Assembly (NCBI GenBank): GCA_937877025.1 | Contig: CALEGE010000029.1 | Location: forward strand, 13,696-77,695 | Length of the DNA: 64,000 bases | Direction: 5' to 3' | Origin: an uncultured Spirochaetia bacterium | GTDB taxonomy: Bacteria > Spirochaetota > UBA4802 > UBA5368 | Shown here: piece after piece, positions 45,524 to 54,202 of the stretch | How the letters are laid out: each line of letters begins with the position of its first letter | Position numbering within the stretch: the first letter of the stretch is position 1 | Position numbers and translations under genes: made by a program | The notes under the pieces: generated by a model | Told to the model about the DNA's origin: nothing | What the model saw: the letters and a program-made list of their open reading frames with translations, nothing else | The model's database searches: none

Positions 45524-46531
45524 ATGGTAGATGGTCCTGACGCCATGAACCCTGTCAAAAAAATTAAACCCTGTTATTGTACTATCGTCATTGCCGCGGT
45601 ACTTGTGGTGTGCGCCGCGGATGCGTTCAGCGATGGGCGTTTACCGCGCTGGGGTTACATCGTGGGAAGCGATACCCGGCATAACGATAATCCCGATTAT
45701 ATTCAACGTATTGCCCGGCAGTATGACATGGTCGCGGTGACAGGGTGCGCAATTGACGAACGTGGGGGAGTCCGCTGTCCCTGGCGGACTGAAAAAAAAT
45801 TGAAAATGTTTGCGTCGATGGGCGTGGAAACGTCGATGGTTGCGACATTCACATCGGTACGGGCGGGCGAGCGACTGCTGCGTTCTCCTGAACTGAGAAG
45901 GGCGGCGGCGCGCGCCCTGTACGATACGGCGGTTGCCCTGCGGGCGCGCGATATTCACTGCGATTTTGAATACCTTGCGCCTTCGTACGCCGCCGATCTG
46001 GCATTGTTCTTTCGCGAGCTGCGATCTCTGACACAACGGAACCGGGGCTCTCCCGCGATTTCGATGGCCGTCTTCCCCGCGATTGATTTTCCAGGGGAGT
46101 GGAGCGGATTTCACGATCTCGCAAAATTGTCGCCGTTTCTCGACAGGGTTGTGCTGATGTGCTATGACTATCACCGAAAAGATACGCAGCCCGGCCCGGT
46201 AACCGATGTTGCATGGGCCGAACGCAATATCGAGGATGTGCTTACCCGCGTTCCTCCCGAAAGGCTCTGGCTTGGCGTGCCCGCGTACGGCTACGCGTGG
46301 AACGCGAGCGGCGGCGTCGCGGTCGTGTCGTCGCGTCATGCCGTGCGGCAGGCAAAAAAATATGGCGCGCGGCGGCACCGGTCGGGAACGCTCTATTACG
46401 AATACGGCAGCGGAGTCGATACGGTGCGTGTGTTTGCCGCCGACGCGGAAACGAGAAAAATGCTCGAGGAGATTGCGCGTAAACACCGGCTACGCGGCAC
46501 GGCGCTGTGGCGTATCGGCCTTGAGGAGTAA
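45524..46531 (+). CDS. Secreted glycoside-hydrolase family 18-like protein (possibly non-canonical active site)
   Basis: Signal/TM. GH18-like segments MCYDYH and LGVPAYGYAW. The DxxDxDxE motif appears only partially (DIHCDFEY). Confidence 0.5.
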   Translation: MVDGPDAMNPVKKIKPCYCTIVIAAVLVVCAADAFSDGRLPRWGYIVGSDTRHNDNPDYIQRIARQYDMVAVTGCAIDERGGVRCPWRTEKKLKMFASMGVETSMVATFTSVRAGERLLRSPELRRAAARALYDTAVALRARDIHCDFEYLAPSYAADLALFFRELRSLTQRNRGSPAISMAVFPAIDFPGEWSGFHDLAKLSPFLDRVVLMCYDYHRKDTQPGPVTDVAWAERNIEDVLTRVPPERLWLGVPAYGYAWNASGGVAVVSSRHAVRQAKKYGARRHRSGTLYYEYGSGVDTVRVFAADAETRKMLEEIARKHRLRGTALWRIGLEE

Positions 46532-46548
46532 TGGGTTTTTATAGGTAC

Positions 46549-46734
46549 TTACTGTCTGGAAAAATAATCGATCACGAGCGATTTTTCCAGATGAGGCGTT
46601 AATAGCTGTTTAAACGTCTCGTGCGCCGGGTGGGGAAGGTATGCGTTTTCGATTATTTTTATTTCACGTTCTGGGGTGTCTTCCCTGAATTTAAAAAGCA
46701 CCACGTGACGCAGGCATCCGAGAGTGGCTTTCAT
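46549..46734 (-). CDS. Truncated stress-responsive alpha/beta-barrel (Dabb)-like small protein
   Basis: N-terminal HVVLFKFREDTPEREIKIIENAY and C-terminal HPAHETF...LVIDY both match Dabb-domain ends. The middle ~45 residues of the domain are absent. Confidence 0.35.
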   Translation of the reverse strand: MKATLGCLRHVVLFKFREDTPEREIKIIENAYLPHPAHETFKQLLTPHLEKSLVIDYFSRQ

Positions 46735-46755
46735 GAGTATCCTCCAAGTATGCGG

Positions 46756-47505
46756 TCAGGTTCGCTGCTGAAGCCGGACTGCGACCGGTGGCGAAATGGT
46801 AGCGATGTAGCCGCAGGCGGCCCGGTATTTTTCAACGGAAATATTTTCAAGGAAAAGGATATACGTTCTGAGCGATTTGAACTCGGTCGGCCCGGCGGGA
46901 TTGCAGAAATACAGTGTGAGGCGCTCCCGAAGCGTTGTTTGCTCGTCGAGAGTGAGGAGGTCAATCGCCGGCGCGTCGATTTTCTTTTTCAGGGCGTTGC
47001 AGTAATAATCGACGACCGCGTTCACGTCAATTTTTGACCGGGCGATTATCATCTGTATTGCTCTACGGTACTGATTGCACAGGGGTGGGTTTTCCCCCAT
47101 TTTAAAGAGCCACATTGCGCAGAGCCGAAATGCGCCTGTCGCATCTTTTGGAAGCTCGTCATCAAAGCGCCTTGCATTTTCCGTGCTGACGGCGGGCATG
47201 GAGTAATATGTGGCGGTAATAAGCTCCTCCGGCGTATCGATGGCGCGGTCTTGCTCGATTCCGCCGAAGGTTGTTTCTATCGTGTAATCGATCTGCATGT
47301 CCCCTGTCGATCCGGGATCGATCACGCCCGACGCAAACCCGAGGTATGTCAAAAGCCGCGATGTGTCGGCGAAACGGATATCGGCCCGCGCTGCGGAATC
47401 ATGCGCGATGAGAATACTCGTTGCGAACATGGATGTGCATACAATACCGAGCACAATCGATGTGGAAAATATAAGTGTAGAAATAGTGTGCCGATGATGA
47501 CGCAT
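46756..47505 (-). CDS. Hypothetical exported protein
   Basis: N-terminal hydrophobic signal-like segment. No family recognised. Confidence 0.4.
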   Translation of the reverse strand: MRHHRHTISTLIFSTSIVLGIVCTSMFATSILIAHDSAARADIRFADTSRLLTYLGFASGVIDPGSTGDMQIDYTIETTFGGIEQDRAIDTPEELITATYYSMPAVSTENARRFDDELPKDATGAFRLCAMWLFKMGENPPLCNQYRRAIQMIIARSKIDVNAVVDYYCNALKKKIDAPAIDLLTLDEQTTLRERLTLYFCNPAGPTEFKSLRTYILFLENISVEKYRAACGYIATISPPVAVRLQQRT

Positions 47506-47873
47506 ATGAACCCCGGGGTTTTAATCAATGCTCCCACTATGAATAATCGGCCCATGCGCTCTGTTATATTAAAGAATTCACGCCTGAAAATGCGCAAAGC
47601 AATGCATTATATGAACACTCCGGATGATGCGCAGGCGGAAGATCACCCCTCCTGCACTGATAATGATTTTGATTTTCCTTAAAAAATGTGCGTTTTTGTC
47701 TTTACAAAATAAAAGTCAACAAATAGTTAAAAAAGCAGGAAAAATGGAATGCCGCAAAGCACACGTCGTATGCGCGTTTGCCTGATGTGAAACAAAATAT
47801 ATCTTGACCGGCAGTGGGTCCGCGAGTGCGTTTTTTGCGCCGTTTCCACGACAAAATTGTCGAAAAATATACC

Positions 47874-50036
47874 ATGAGCGATATCAGGATACTTCTCGTC
47901 GAGGACGAACTTATCATTTCGCAGGATATTAAAAATATCCTGAAAAACAGCGGCTATACCGTTATTGCCACCGCTGTCAGCGGCGAAGAGGCCGTGATGA
48001 AAGCCCTGAGCCTGTACCCTGACCTCATCCTGATGGATATTGTGCTCAGGGGCGATATGGACGGTGTCGACGCGGCGGTAAAAATACGCGAGCGGCTGGC
48101 GATTCCGATTGTGTATCTTACGGCGCGTCTTGAAAAAGAAACATGGGAGCGCGCCAAGAATGCCAATCCCTATGGGTACGTGCTGAAACCGCTCGATGAC
48201 AACATGCTGTATGCCGCAATCGAACTGGCCATGTGCCGGTATTCGATCGACAGAAAGCTTAAAGAAAGCGAAGAGCGGTATAAATACCTGGTTGAGCACG
48301 CGAACGACATGATTTACAGCACCGACCACCGGGGATACTTTACGTTTGTCAATCATACCGCGATACGGTGTATGGGCTATGAGGAGAATGAGGTTCTCGG
48401 CAGGCATTATCTGGCGTTTATACATCAGCCGTTTCGCAAGGATTGCGCAAAATTTTACGATCTGCAGTACGAAGCGTGTCTTCCGAACACGTATATCGAG
48501 CTTCCCCTCATAGCGAAAAACGGCGCTCTTGTGTGGATAGGGCAGAATGTCCAGCTTGTAATAGAGAACGGTGAAATCATCGGATTTCAGGCGATAGCGC
48601 GCGACATCACGAAGCGCCGGCAGGTTGAGATGGCGCTGAAGGAAAGCGAGGAACGCTATCGGATGGTCGTGGAAAACCAGACCGAGCTGATATGCCATTC
48701 GAAGCCCGATGGAACCATCACGTTCGTCAACGAGGCCTACTGTAAATACTTCAATAAAACACGGCATGACCTGATCGGGAAAAGCTTCATGCCTCTTTTG
48801 CCCGAGGAAGACAGGAGGCGCGCCGACGCACACCTGAAGTCTATCGACCGCGACAATCCCATCGGCGTGATCGAGCACAGGGTGATTATGCCCAATGGCG
48901 ATATACGATGGCAGCAGTGGACCGACAGGGTGATATTCGATGATGCCGGCGAAATCGATGAATTCCAGTCGGTCGGCAGGGATATTACCGAGAGTAAAAA
49001 CCTTGAACAGAAGCTGAAGTATTTGAGCATGCACGATTCACTGACGGGATTGTACAACCGCGCGTATTTCGACGAGGAGATGCGCCGTCTCGACAGCAAA
49101 CGTTTTTTCCCCGTGAGCATCGTGATCGGCGACGTGAACGGCCTCAAGATTGTGAACGATACGCTCGGCCACAAGAAGGGCGATATGCTGATTACGGCCG
49201 TGGCGTCGATTCTGAAGCGCTCGTTTCGCAGCAGCGACATGGTCGCGCGCATTGGGGGGGACGAGTTTGCCGTCCTGCTTCCAAACACCGGGAGGGACGT
49301 TGTGCGAAACTCGTGCGAAAGGATACAGAGGCAGATCGAGCAGTATCGTGAACAGAACCCGTCGATGCCTCTGACGTTTTCAATAGGCTACGCCGTGTGC
49401 GAAAATCCGGGCCAACGCCTCGAAATCGTTTTCGCCGAAGCCGACGATGACATGTACCGCGAAAAGGAATCCCAGCGGAAGGCCACCACTACGATAATTC
49501 TGAACGCGTTGTTAGCGCAGCTGCGCGAGCATGACGGCGGGCGCGTCGACCATCAAACGCGGGTGCACCGTTACGCGCTCAGGCTGGGCGGCGAGTGCGG
49601 CCTTACCGCGGCCGACATGAAACTGCTTGACATCGCCGCCGCGTATCATGATATCGGCATGATCGGCATCGATGGGAAAATCATCCGTAAAAACGGGCAT
49701 CTTTCAGTGGACGAATTCGAGGAAATCAAACGGCATGTGGATATCGGGTCAAGGATCGCATCCGTACATCCCGCATTGAAGGCTGTTGCGGATATTATTC
49801 TCAAACACCACGAGTGGTGGATGGGGAGGGGATACCCGTCGGGCGTGTGCGGCGAGGACATACCTCTTTTGTCCAGGATAATCGCGATTGCCGACGCGTA
49901 CGACGCGATGACGTCGGATAGCTGTTACCGGGCGGCGATGTCGGAGAGTGAGGCGATGCGCCGGCTGACGGATGCCGCCGCCACGCAGTTCGATCCGGAG
50001 CTTGTCCGTAAGTTTGTTGAATTAAACGGCATATAA
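47874..50036 (+). CDS. Response-regulator receiver / PAS-PAS / GGDEF / HD-GYP multidomain c-di-GMP turnover protein
   Basis: REC (DIVLRGDMDGVD...), two PAS blocks, GGDEF with an RxxD I-site (RSSDMVARIGGDEF), C-terminal HD-GYP (HDIGMIG..., HHEWWMGRGYP). Confidence 0.8.
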   Translation: MSDIRILLVEDELIISQDIKNILKNSGYTVIATAVSGEEAVMKALSLYPDLILMDIVLRGDMDGVDAAVKIRERLAIPIVYLTARLEKETWERAKNANPYGYVLKPLDDNMLYAAIELAMCRYSIDRKLKESEERYKYLVEHANDMIYSTDHRGYFTFVNHTAIRCMGYEENEVLGRHYLAFIHQPFRKDCAKFYDLQYEACLPNTYIELPLIAKNGALVWIGQNVQLVIENGEIIGFQAIARDITKRRQVEMALKESEERYRMVVENQTELICHSKPDGTITFVNEAYCKYFNKTRHDLIGKSFMPLLPEEDRRRADAHLKSIDRDNPIGVIEHRVIMPNGDIRWQQWTDRVIFDDAGEIDEFQSVGRDITESKNLEQKLKYLSMHDSLTGLYNRAYFDEEMRRLDSKRFFPVSIVIGDVNGLKIVNDTLGHKKGDMLITAVASILKRSFRSSDMVARIGGDEFAVLLPNTGRDVVRNSCERIQRQIEQYREQNPSMPLTFSIGYAVCENPGQRLEIVFAEADDDMYREKESQRKATTTIILNALLAQLREHDGGRVDHQTRVHRYALRLGGECGLTAADMKLLDIAAAYHDIGMIGIDGKIIRKNGHLSVDEFEEIKRHVDIGSRIASVHPALKAVADIILKHHEWWMGRGYPSGVCGEDIPLLSRIIAIADAYDAMTSDSCYRAAMSESEAMRRLTDAAATQFDPELVRKFVELNGI

Positions 50037-50059
50037 CCTGCCGCATCTGGAGCACCATT

Positions 50060-50980
50060 ATGAAAGACCTTGTAATAATCGGCGCCGGCCCCGCGGGACT
50101 GGCGGCTGCGATATATGGCGTGCGCGCCGGTCTCGATCTTCTTGTCATCGAGAAGTTTTCGCCCGGAGGCCAGGTGATGAACACCTATGAAGTGGAGAAT
50201 TATCCCGGTTTTGTGGAGCCGGTTCCCGGCTGGGAGCTGGTAAGCGCCATGGAAAACCAGGCCCGTCGGCTCGGTGCCGATATACAGAGCGTTGAAATGT
50301 CGTCGCTTGCAAAGAACGCCCATGATAACTGTTTCGACATTACGTGCGCCGGCGGCGATGTTATACGCGCACGCTCTGTTATCGCCGCGACCGGGGCGTC
50401 GCTTATAAAGCTGGGCGTGCCGGGCGAAAGCGAATTTACGGGCCGTGGCGTATCGTACTGCGCCACGTGCGACGCCGCGTTTTTCCGCGACAAAATTACG
50501 ACGGTCGTCGGCGGCGGCGATACCGCGCTCGAGGAGGCCGTGTACCTTGCGAAATTTGCGTCAAAAGTCTATCTGGTGCACAGGCGCGATCAGTTCAGGG
50601 GGATGAAGGTCTTGCAGGACAGGGCGCGTGCGTGCGAAAAAATTATTCCGGTATACGATTCCGTTATCACCTCGATCAACGGAGCCGGAAAGGTCGAATC
50701 GGTATCGGTGCTGAATAAAAAATCGGGCGAAACGCGTGACCTTGGCGTCGACGGTGTGTTTATCTTTATCGGATACCGGCCCAACACGGCGTATCTTTCC
50801 GCGGACATGCTCAATGAGTACGGCGAGGTGAAGGTCGATATGCGCATGAAAACGTCTATGGAAGGGCTCTTCGCGGCCGGGGATATGCGGCAAAACTCGA
50901 TTCGGCAGATTGTCGCCGCCGCCGCCGACGGTGCAACCGCCGCTCTCGGTGCGTACGATTATATAACGGGCCTGTCTTAA
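50060..50980 (+). CDS. trxB: Thioredoxin reductase
   Basis: Redox-active CATC, two Rossmann folds (IIGAGPAGLAAAIY, VGGGDTALEEAVYLA). Confidence 0.9.
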   Translation: MKDLVIIGAGPAGLAAAIYGVRAGLDLLVIEKFSPGGQVMNTYEVENYPGFVEPVPGWELVSAMENQARRLGADIQSVEMSSLAKNAHDNCFDITCAGGDVIRARSVIAATGASLIKLGVPGESEFTGRGVSYCATCDAAFFRDKITTVVGGGDTALEEAVYLAKFASKVYLVHRRDQFRGMKVLQDRARACEKIIPVYDSVITSINGAGKVESVSVLNKKSGETRDLGVDGVFIFIGYRPNTAYLSADMLNEYGEVKVDMRMKTSMEGLFAAGDMRQNSIRQIVAAAADGATAALGAYDYITGLS

Positions 50981-51780
50981 AAAAACCGCGCGTAAAACCT
51001 TTCGATCGATGATTGCAGCCTGTCACGGATATCGCTGATGCGCAGATTGTCCACCCGCAGATAGTCGAAGTTGAAATGCGCCTCATTCAGAAAAAGCGAC
51101 CTCGAAACGGAAAGCCGCAGCATCGGAATACCGCCCACGCCGAACGTCTTCAAAAGATTGCCTCTGAAAAGGGGGATGTTTCCCGTGAAGCGCGGGGCGA
51201 CGGTCGAGGTTTCGCCGCTGAAATTTTTCTTCATCGCTTCGAGTATGCCGCGCAGCAACTCTTCGTTGCACGTTTTCAGGTTTTTGCCGTCCGCATCTGT
51301 AACGTTGCACGCGGAAATGATAGGCCGCGGTTTTCCCGGATCGGGCGAACCGGGCGGGCCGACCGGCATCATGGTATGGCATTCAAGAATGAGCTTTATT
51401 TCTCCCGTGGAAAGTATTTTCTCGATTGTGCGATAGAAGGGAAAGTAGTAGCGTTTGAGGATGTTCGATATGGATATTTCGTCGGGGAAAACATCGGGCG
51501 GGAAGAGCGGCTTTCCCGACGACGTTTCCTTTTTTATTACGCCGTCGTCGCTTGCCGGCGGCAGCAGAAGTGACGGGCGGTCGAGATCGACAAAGAGGCG
51601 CGATACATACGAATCGATGCTGGCGGTTACCGCGTCATCGAAGGAAAAAATCTCATTTGCGCAGGTGTCCGCTTCGAAAAAAAGCTCATTCTTGCCGGCA
51701 AGGGTAAGGCCGGCAAGCTCTTCTGGAACCGAATATCCCCCATGGGGGATTATGATAAGTATCGGCAATCTGGATTTCAT
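50977..51780 (-). CDS. N-formylglutamate amidohydrolase-family-like protein (tentative)
   Basis: N-terminal LPILIIIPHGGYSVPEEL resembles the FGase family start. Overlaps the trxB stop convergently. Confidence 0.4.
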   Translation of the reverse strand: MKSRLPILIIIPHGGYSVPEELAGLTLAGKNELFFEADTCANEIFSFDDAVTASIDSYVSRLFVDLDRPSLLLPPASDDGVIKKETSSGKPLFPPDVFPDEISISNILKRYYFPFYRTIEKILSTGEIKLILECHTMMPVGPPGSPDPGKPRPIISACNVTDADGKNLKTCNEELLRGILEAMKKNFSGETSTVAPRFTGNIPLFRGNLLKTFGVGGIPMLRLSVSRSLFLNEAHFNFDYLRVDNLRISDIRDRLQSSIERFYARFF

Positions 51781-51871
51781 GGCCTTATTGTGAGCAAATT
51801 AATATTGACGAATCCAATAGTAAAGACTTTATTCACTGTAACAAATCAATTCTATCATAACGGAGAAAATA

Positions 51872-52387
51872 ATGCATCCATTTAAACCATATAAAACCGA
51901 TGAAACGGGCAACGCCATTCTTGAAATACTCGCCACCGATGCGAAGGCGGCGCCATCTGATATTGCGCTCCAACTGAATATTCCCGAAGCGAAGGTGAAA
52001 AAATATATCGCGCAGTTCGAGAAAGAACGGATCATTTTGAGGTATAAAACCCACATCAACTGGGAGCGGGTCCGCAACAATGAAGTGCATGCCCTGATCG
52101 AGGTGAAGGTCACGCCCGAGCGCGGCATCGGGTTCGACGCGGTAGCGGAGGCCATTTATCGTTTTCCGGAGGTTTCCTCGGTGTACCTCCTTTCGGGAAG
52201 CTATGACCTCCTGGTGCAGGTCGAGGGGCCCACGCTGCAACAGGTCTCGCTGTTTGTGTCGCAAAAGCTTGCGACGATCAGGAACGTCCAGTCCACGGTG
52301 ACGCACTTCCTTCTGAAGAAATACAAAGAAGACGGCGATATTCTCGTTGACCAGCCCGAATCAAAACGGCTGCCGTTGAGTATTTAA
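51872..52387 (+). CDS. Lrp/AsnC-family transcriptional regulator
   Basis: N-terminal HTH (ILEILATDAKAAPSDIALQLNIPEAKVKKYI) plus a C-terminal RAM domain. Confidence 0.85.
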   Translation: MHPFKPYKTDETGNAILEILATDAKAAPSDIALQLNIPEAKVKKYIAQFEKERIILRYKTHINWERVRNNEVHALIEVKVTPERGIGFDAVAEAIYRFPEVSSVYLLSGSYDLLVQVEGPTLQQVSLFVSQKLATIRNVQSTVTHFLLKKYKEDGDILVDQPESKRLPLSI

Positions 52388-52435
52388 TTTTGTTTTCTTG
52401 GACCTTGCGTCATTTTCCGCGATGCGATATGTATA

Positions 52436-53101
52436 ATGCCGACAGTCAACACAATCTACACCCGGCTTGAAGCGGCCTACGGCCCGCAGCACTGGTGGCC
52501 CGGCGAGACGCCGTTCGAGGTGGCCGTGGGAGCCATCCTCACACAGAGCGTTTCGTGGAAAAATGTAGAAACCGCGATCGCGGCGCTTGCGGACGGCGGG
52601 TTGCTCAATCCGCGAAAGCTTTACGCTCTCGATGCCGGCAGTATTGCCCCCCTCATTCGCTCGACCGGCTATTTCAACCAGAAGGCGAAAAAATTGCGCC
52701 ATTTTCTCGAGTGGTTCAGTTGCCATGATTTTTCGTTCGACCGGCTTTCTCGGATTGACGCACTTGCCCTGCGCGGCGAGCTGCTGCGCGTAAACGGCAT
52801 CGGCCCCGAAACCGCCGATTCGATATTGCTGTATGCGCTTGAAAAGAAGATCTTCGTGATCGACGCCTATACGCGGCGCATCTTCAGCCGAATAGGGCTG
52901 TGCGGCGGGGACGAAAACTATGACGATTTACAGCGCATGTTTCACAAAAAATTTCGCGGCGATGTGCGGGAGTATAACGAGTATCACGCGCTCATTGTGC
53001 GCCACGGCAAGGATGTGTGCAAAAAAAAGCCGTTGTGCGGCGCCTGCTGCCTTGCGGGGGAATGCGCTTTTGGGAAAGACGTTTCCGGGGCTGCCGACTG
53101 A
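52436..53101 (+). CDS. Endonuclease III-like HhH-GPD DNA glycosylase with [4Fe-4S] cluster loop
   Basis: HhH (VNGIGPETADSILLYAL) and C-terminal Cys cluster (CKKKPLCGACCLAGEC). Confidence 0.7.
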   Translation: MPTVNTIYTRLEAAYGPQHWWPGETPFEVAVGAILTQSVSWKNVETAIAALADGGLLNPRKLYALDAGSIAPLIRSTGYFNQKAKKLRHFLEWFSCHDFSFDRLSRIDALALRGELLRVNGIGPETADSILLYALEKKIFVIDAYTRRIFSRIGLCGGDENYDDLQRMFHKKFRGDVREYNEYHALIVRHGKDVCKKKPLCGACCLAGECAFGKDVSGAAD

Positions 53102-53121
53102 AACGGCCGCCGCAGGGGGCG

Positions 53122-53886
53122 CTATCGCGGTATTCTGATAATCGAGCATACGTCGCCTGTGGCGTCGGATGCCGAGTCCCTGTTGTAGAGGTCGACCGAC
53201 CACGTCCCGTCGATGATGTACTTGTAGCGGTATGTGCCGGGATAAAGCCGTTTTCTAAGCCGCCACACGCCATCCCTTCCTTTCTCTAACAGGTCGTTTT
53301 CCGGGTTCCAGTTGTTGAAATCGCCCACAAGCGAGATCAGACGGGCGTGCGGCCGGTATATCCTGAACTCAATGGCGGCGTTTTTCAGCACCCTGTAGGT
53401 CAGATGCGTTCCCTCGCTGAACGAACCCGGATAGATCAGCGATACGTACGATCCGGAGCCGTCGTCGTCGCTGTTGAAGTTTTTCGGATCGCGCGTCCAT
53501 ATGCCGTCGACTATGTACTTATAGCGTAGCGACGGCGAATCCAGCATGTCCGTAATGAAATAATACCATACCCCGTATTCGCCCCGCGACATGGGAGTGT
53601 TTTTCCAGAGCGTAAAATCGCCCGACACGCTGACGCTCCGCGCGTCCCTGTTTTTATACGATACGAGGATCCCCTGCTCCACGCGCGTCTGGCGTGTCGC
53701 ATTATCGAGCCGAATTAGTTTCATTTCCCTGGGCGGCTGCGCGTTTTTCAGAAACCTGAGGTTGTAGTAGCTGTCGGTGTTGATTGGCTGCGGCTCCATC
53801 GGCATAAACGCGGTCATGAGCAGCGGCAAAAGCGTTATCAGCTTTCTATGGGGTGCGATCATAAGGGTTAATCCTCTTCCGGCCAA
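53122..53886 (-). CDS. Secreted protein with two CBM48/AMPK-beta-type glycogen-binding (E-set) domains
   Basis: Signal peptide. Two repeats with GDF..W and YKYI(V)DG.W motifs (GDFTLWKN...YKYIVDGIWTRD; GDFNNWNP...YKYIIDGTWSVD). Confidence 0.55.
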   Translation of the reverse strand: MAGRGLTLMIAPHRKLITLLPLLMTAFMPMEPQPINTDSYYNLRFLKNAQPPREMKLIRLDNATRQTRVEQGILVSYKNRDARSVSVSGDFTLWKNTPMSRGEYGVWYYFITDMLDSPSLRYKYIVDGIWTRDPKNFNSDDDGSGSYVSLIYPGSFSEGTHLTYRVLKNAAIEFRIYRPHARLISLVGDFNNWNPENDLLEKGRDGVWRLRKRLYPGTYRYKYIIDGTWSVDLYNRDSASDATGDVCSIIRIPR

Positions 53887-54202
53887 AATGAATTTCAGCG
53901 ATACATTATTTATGTCGATAACAATAGTGAAAATGTTTATGCAAAAATACGGCGGCTCCGCAAAATACGCGCAACACGGTCTGCGGAAACGCGAACGGCT
54001 GTACGGAAGTCGACGGTGGGAGGCGCGTCAAAGTGGAAAAATCCGCGACAAATTGGCAGCAAATATGAAAATGTATTGATTTTTTCAGTACAGGGGAGTT
54101 CACTGATTATGTCGCTTTTCCCTTGTTTTGCGCGCGCGGCGACGTTACATTCAACAGGGCTGGATGCACCCGCGATAATTACTATACACCCCGGGATGGT
54201 CG

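Noticed and set aside
47727-49034. 435-aa antisense ORF opposite the REC-PAS-GGDEF-HD-GYP gene
   Set aside because: The + strand carries four recognisable domains in a sensible order. The antisense has none.
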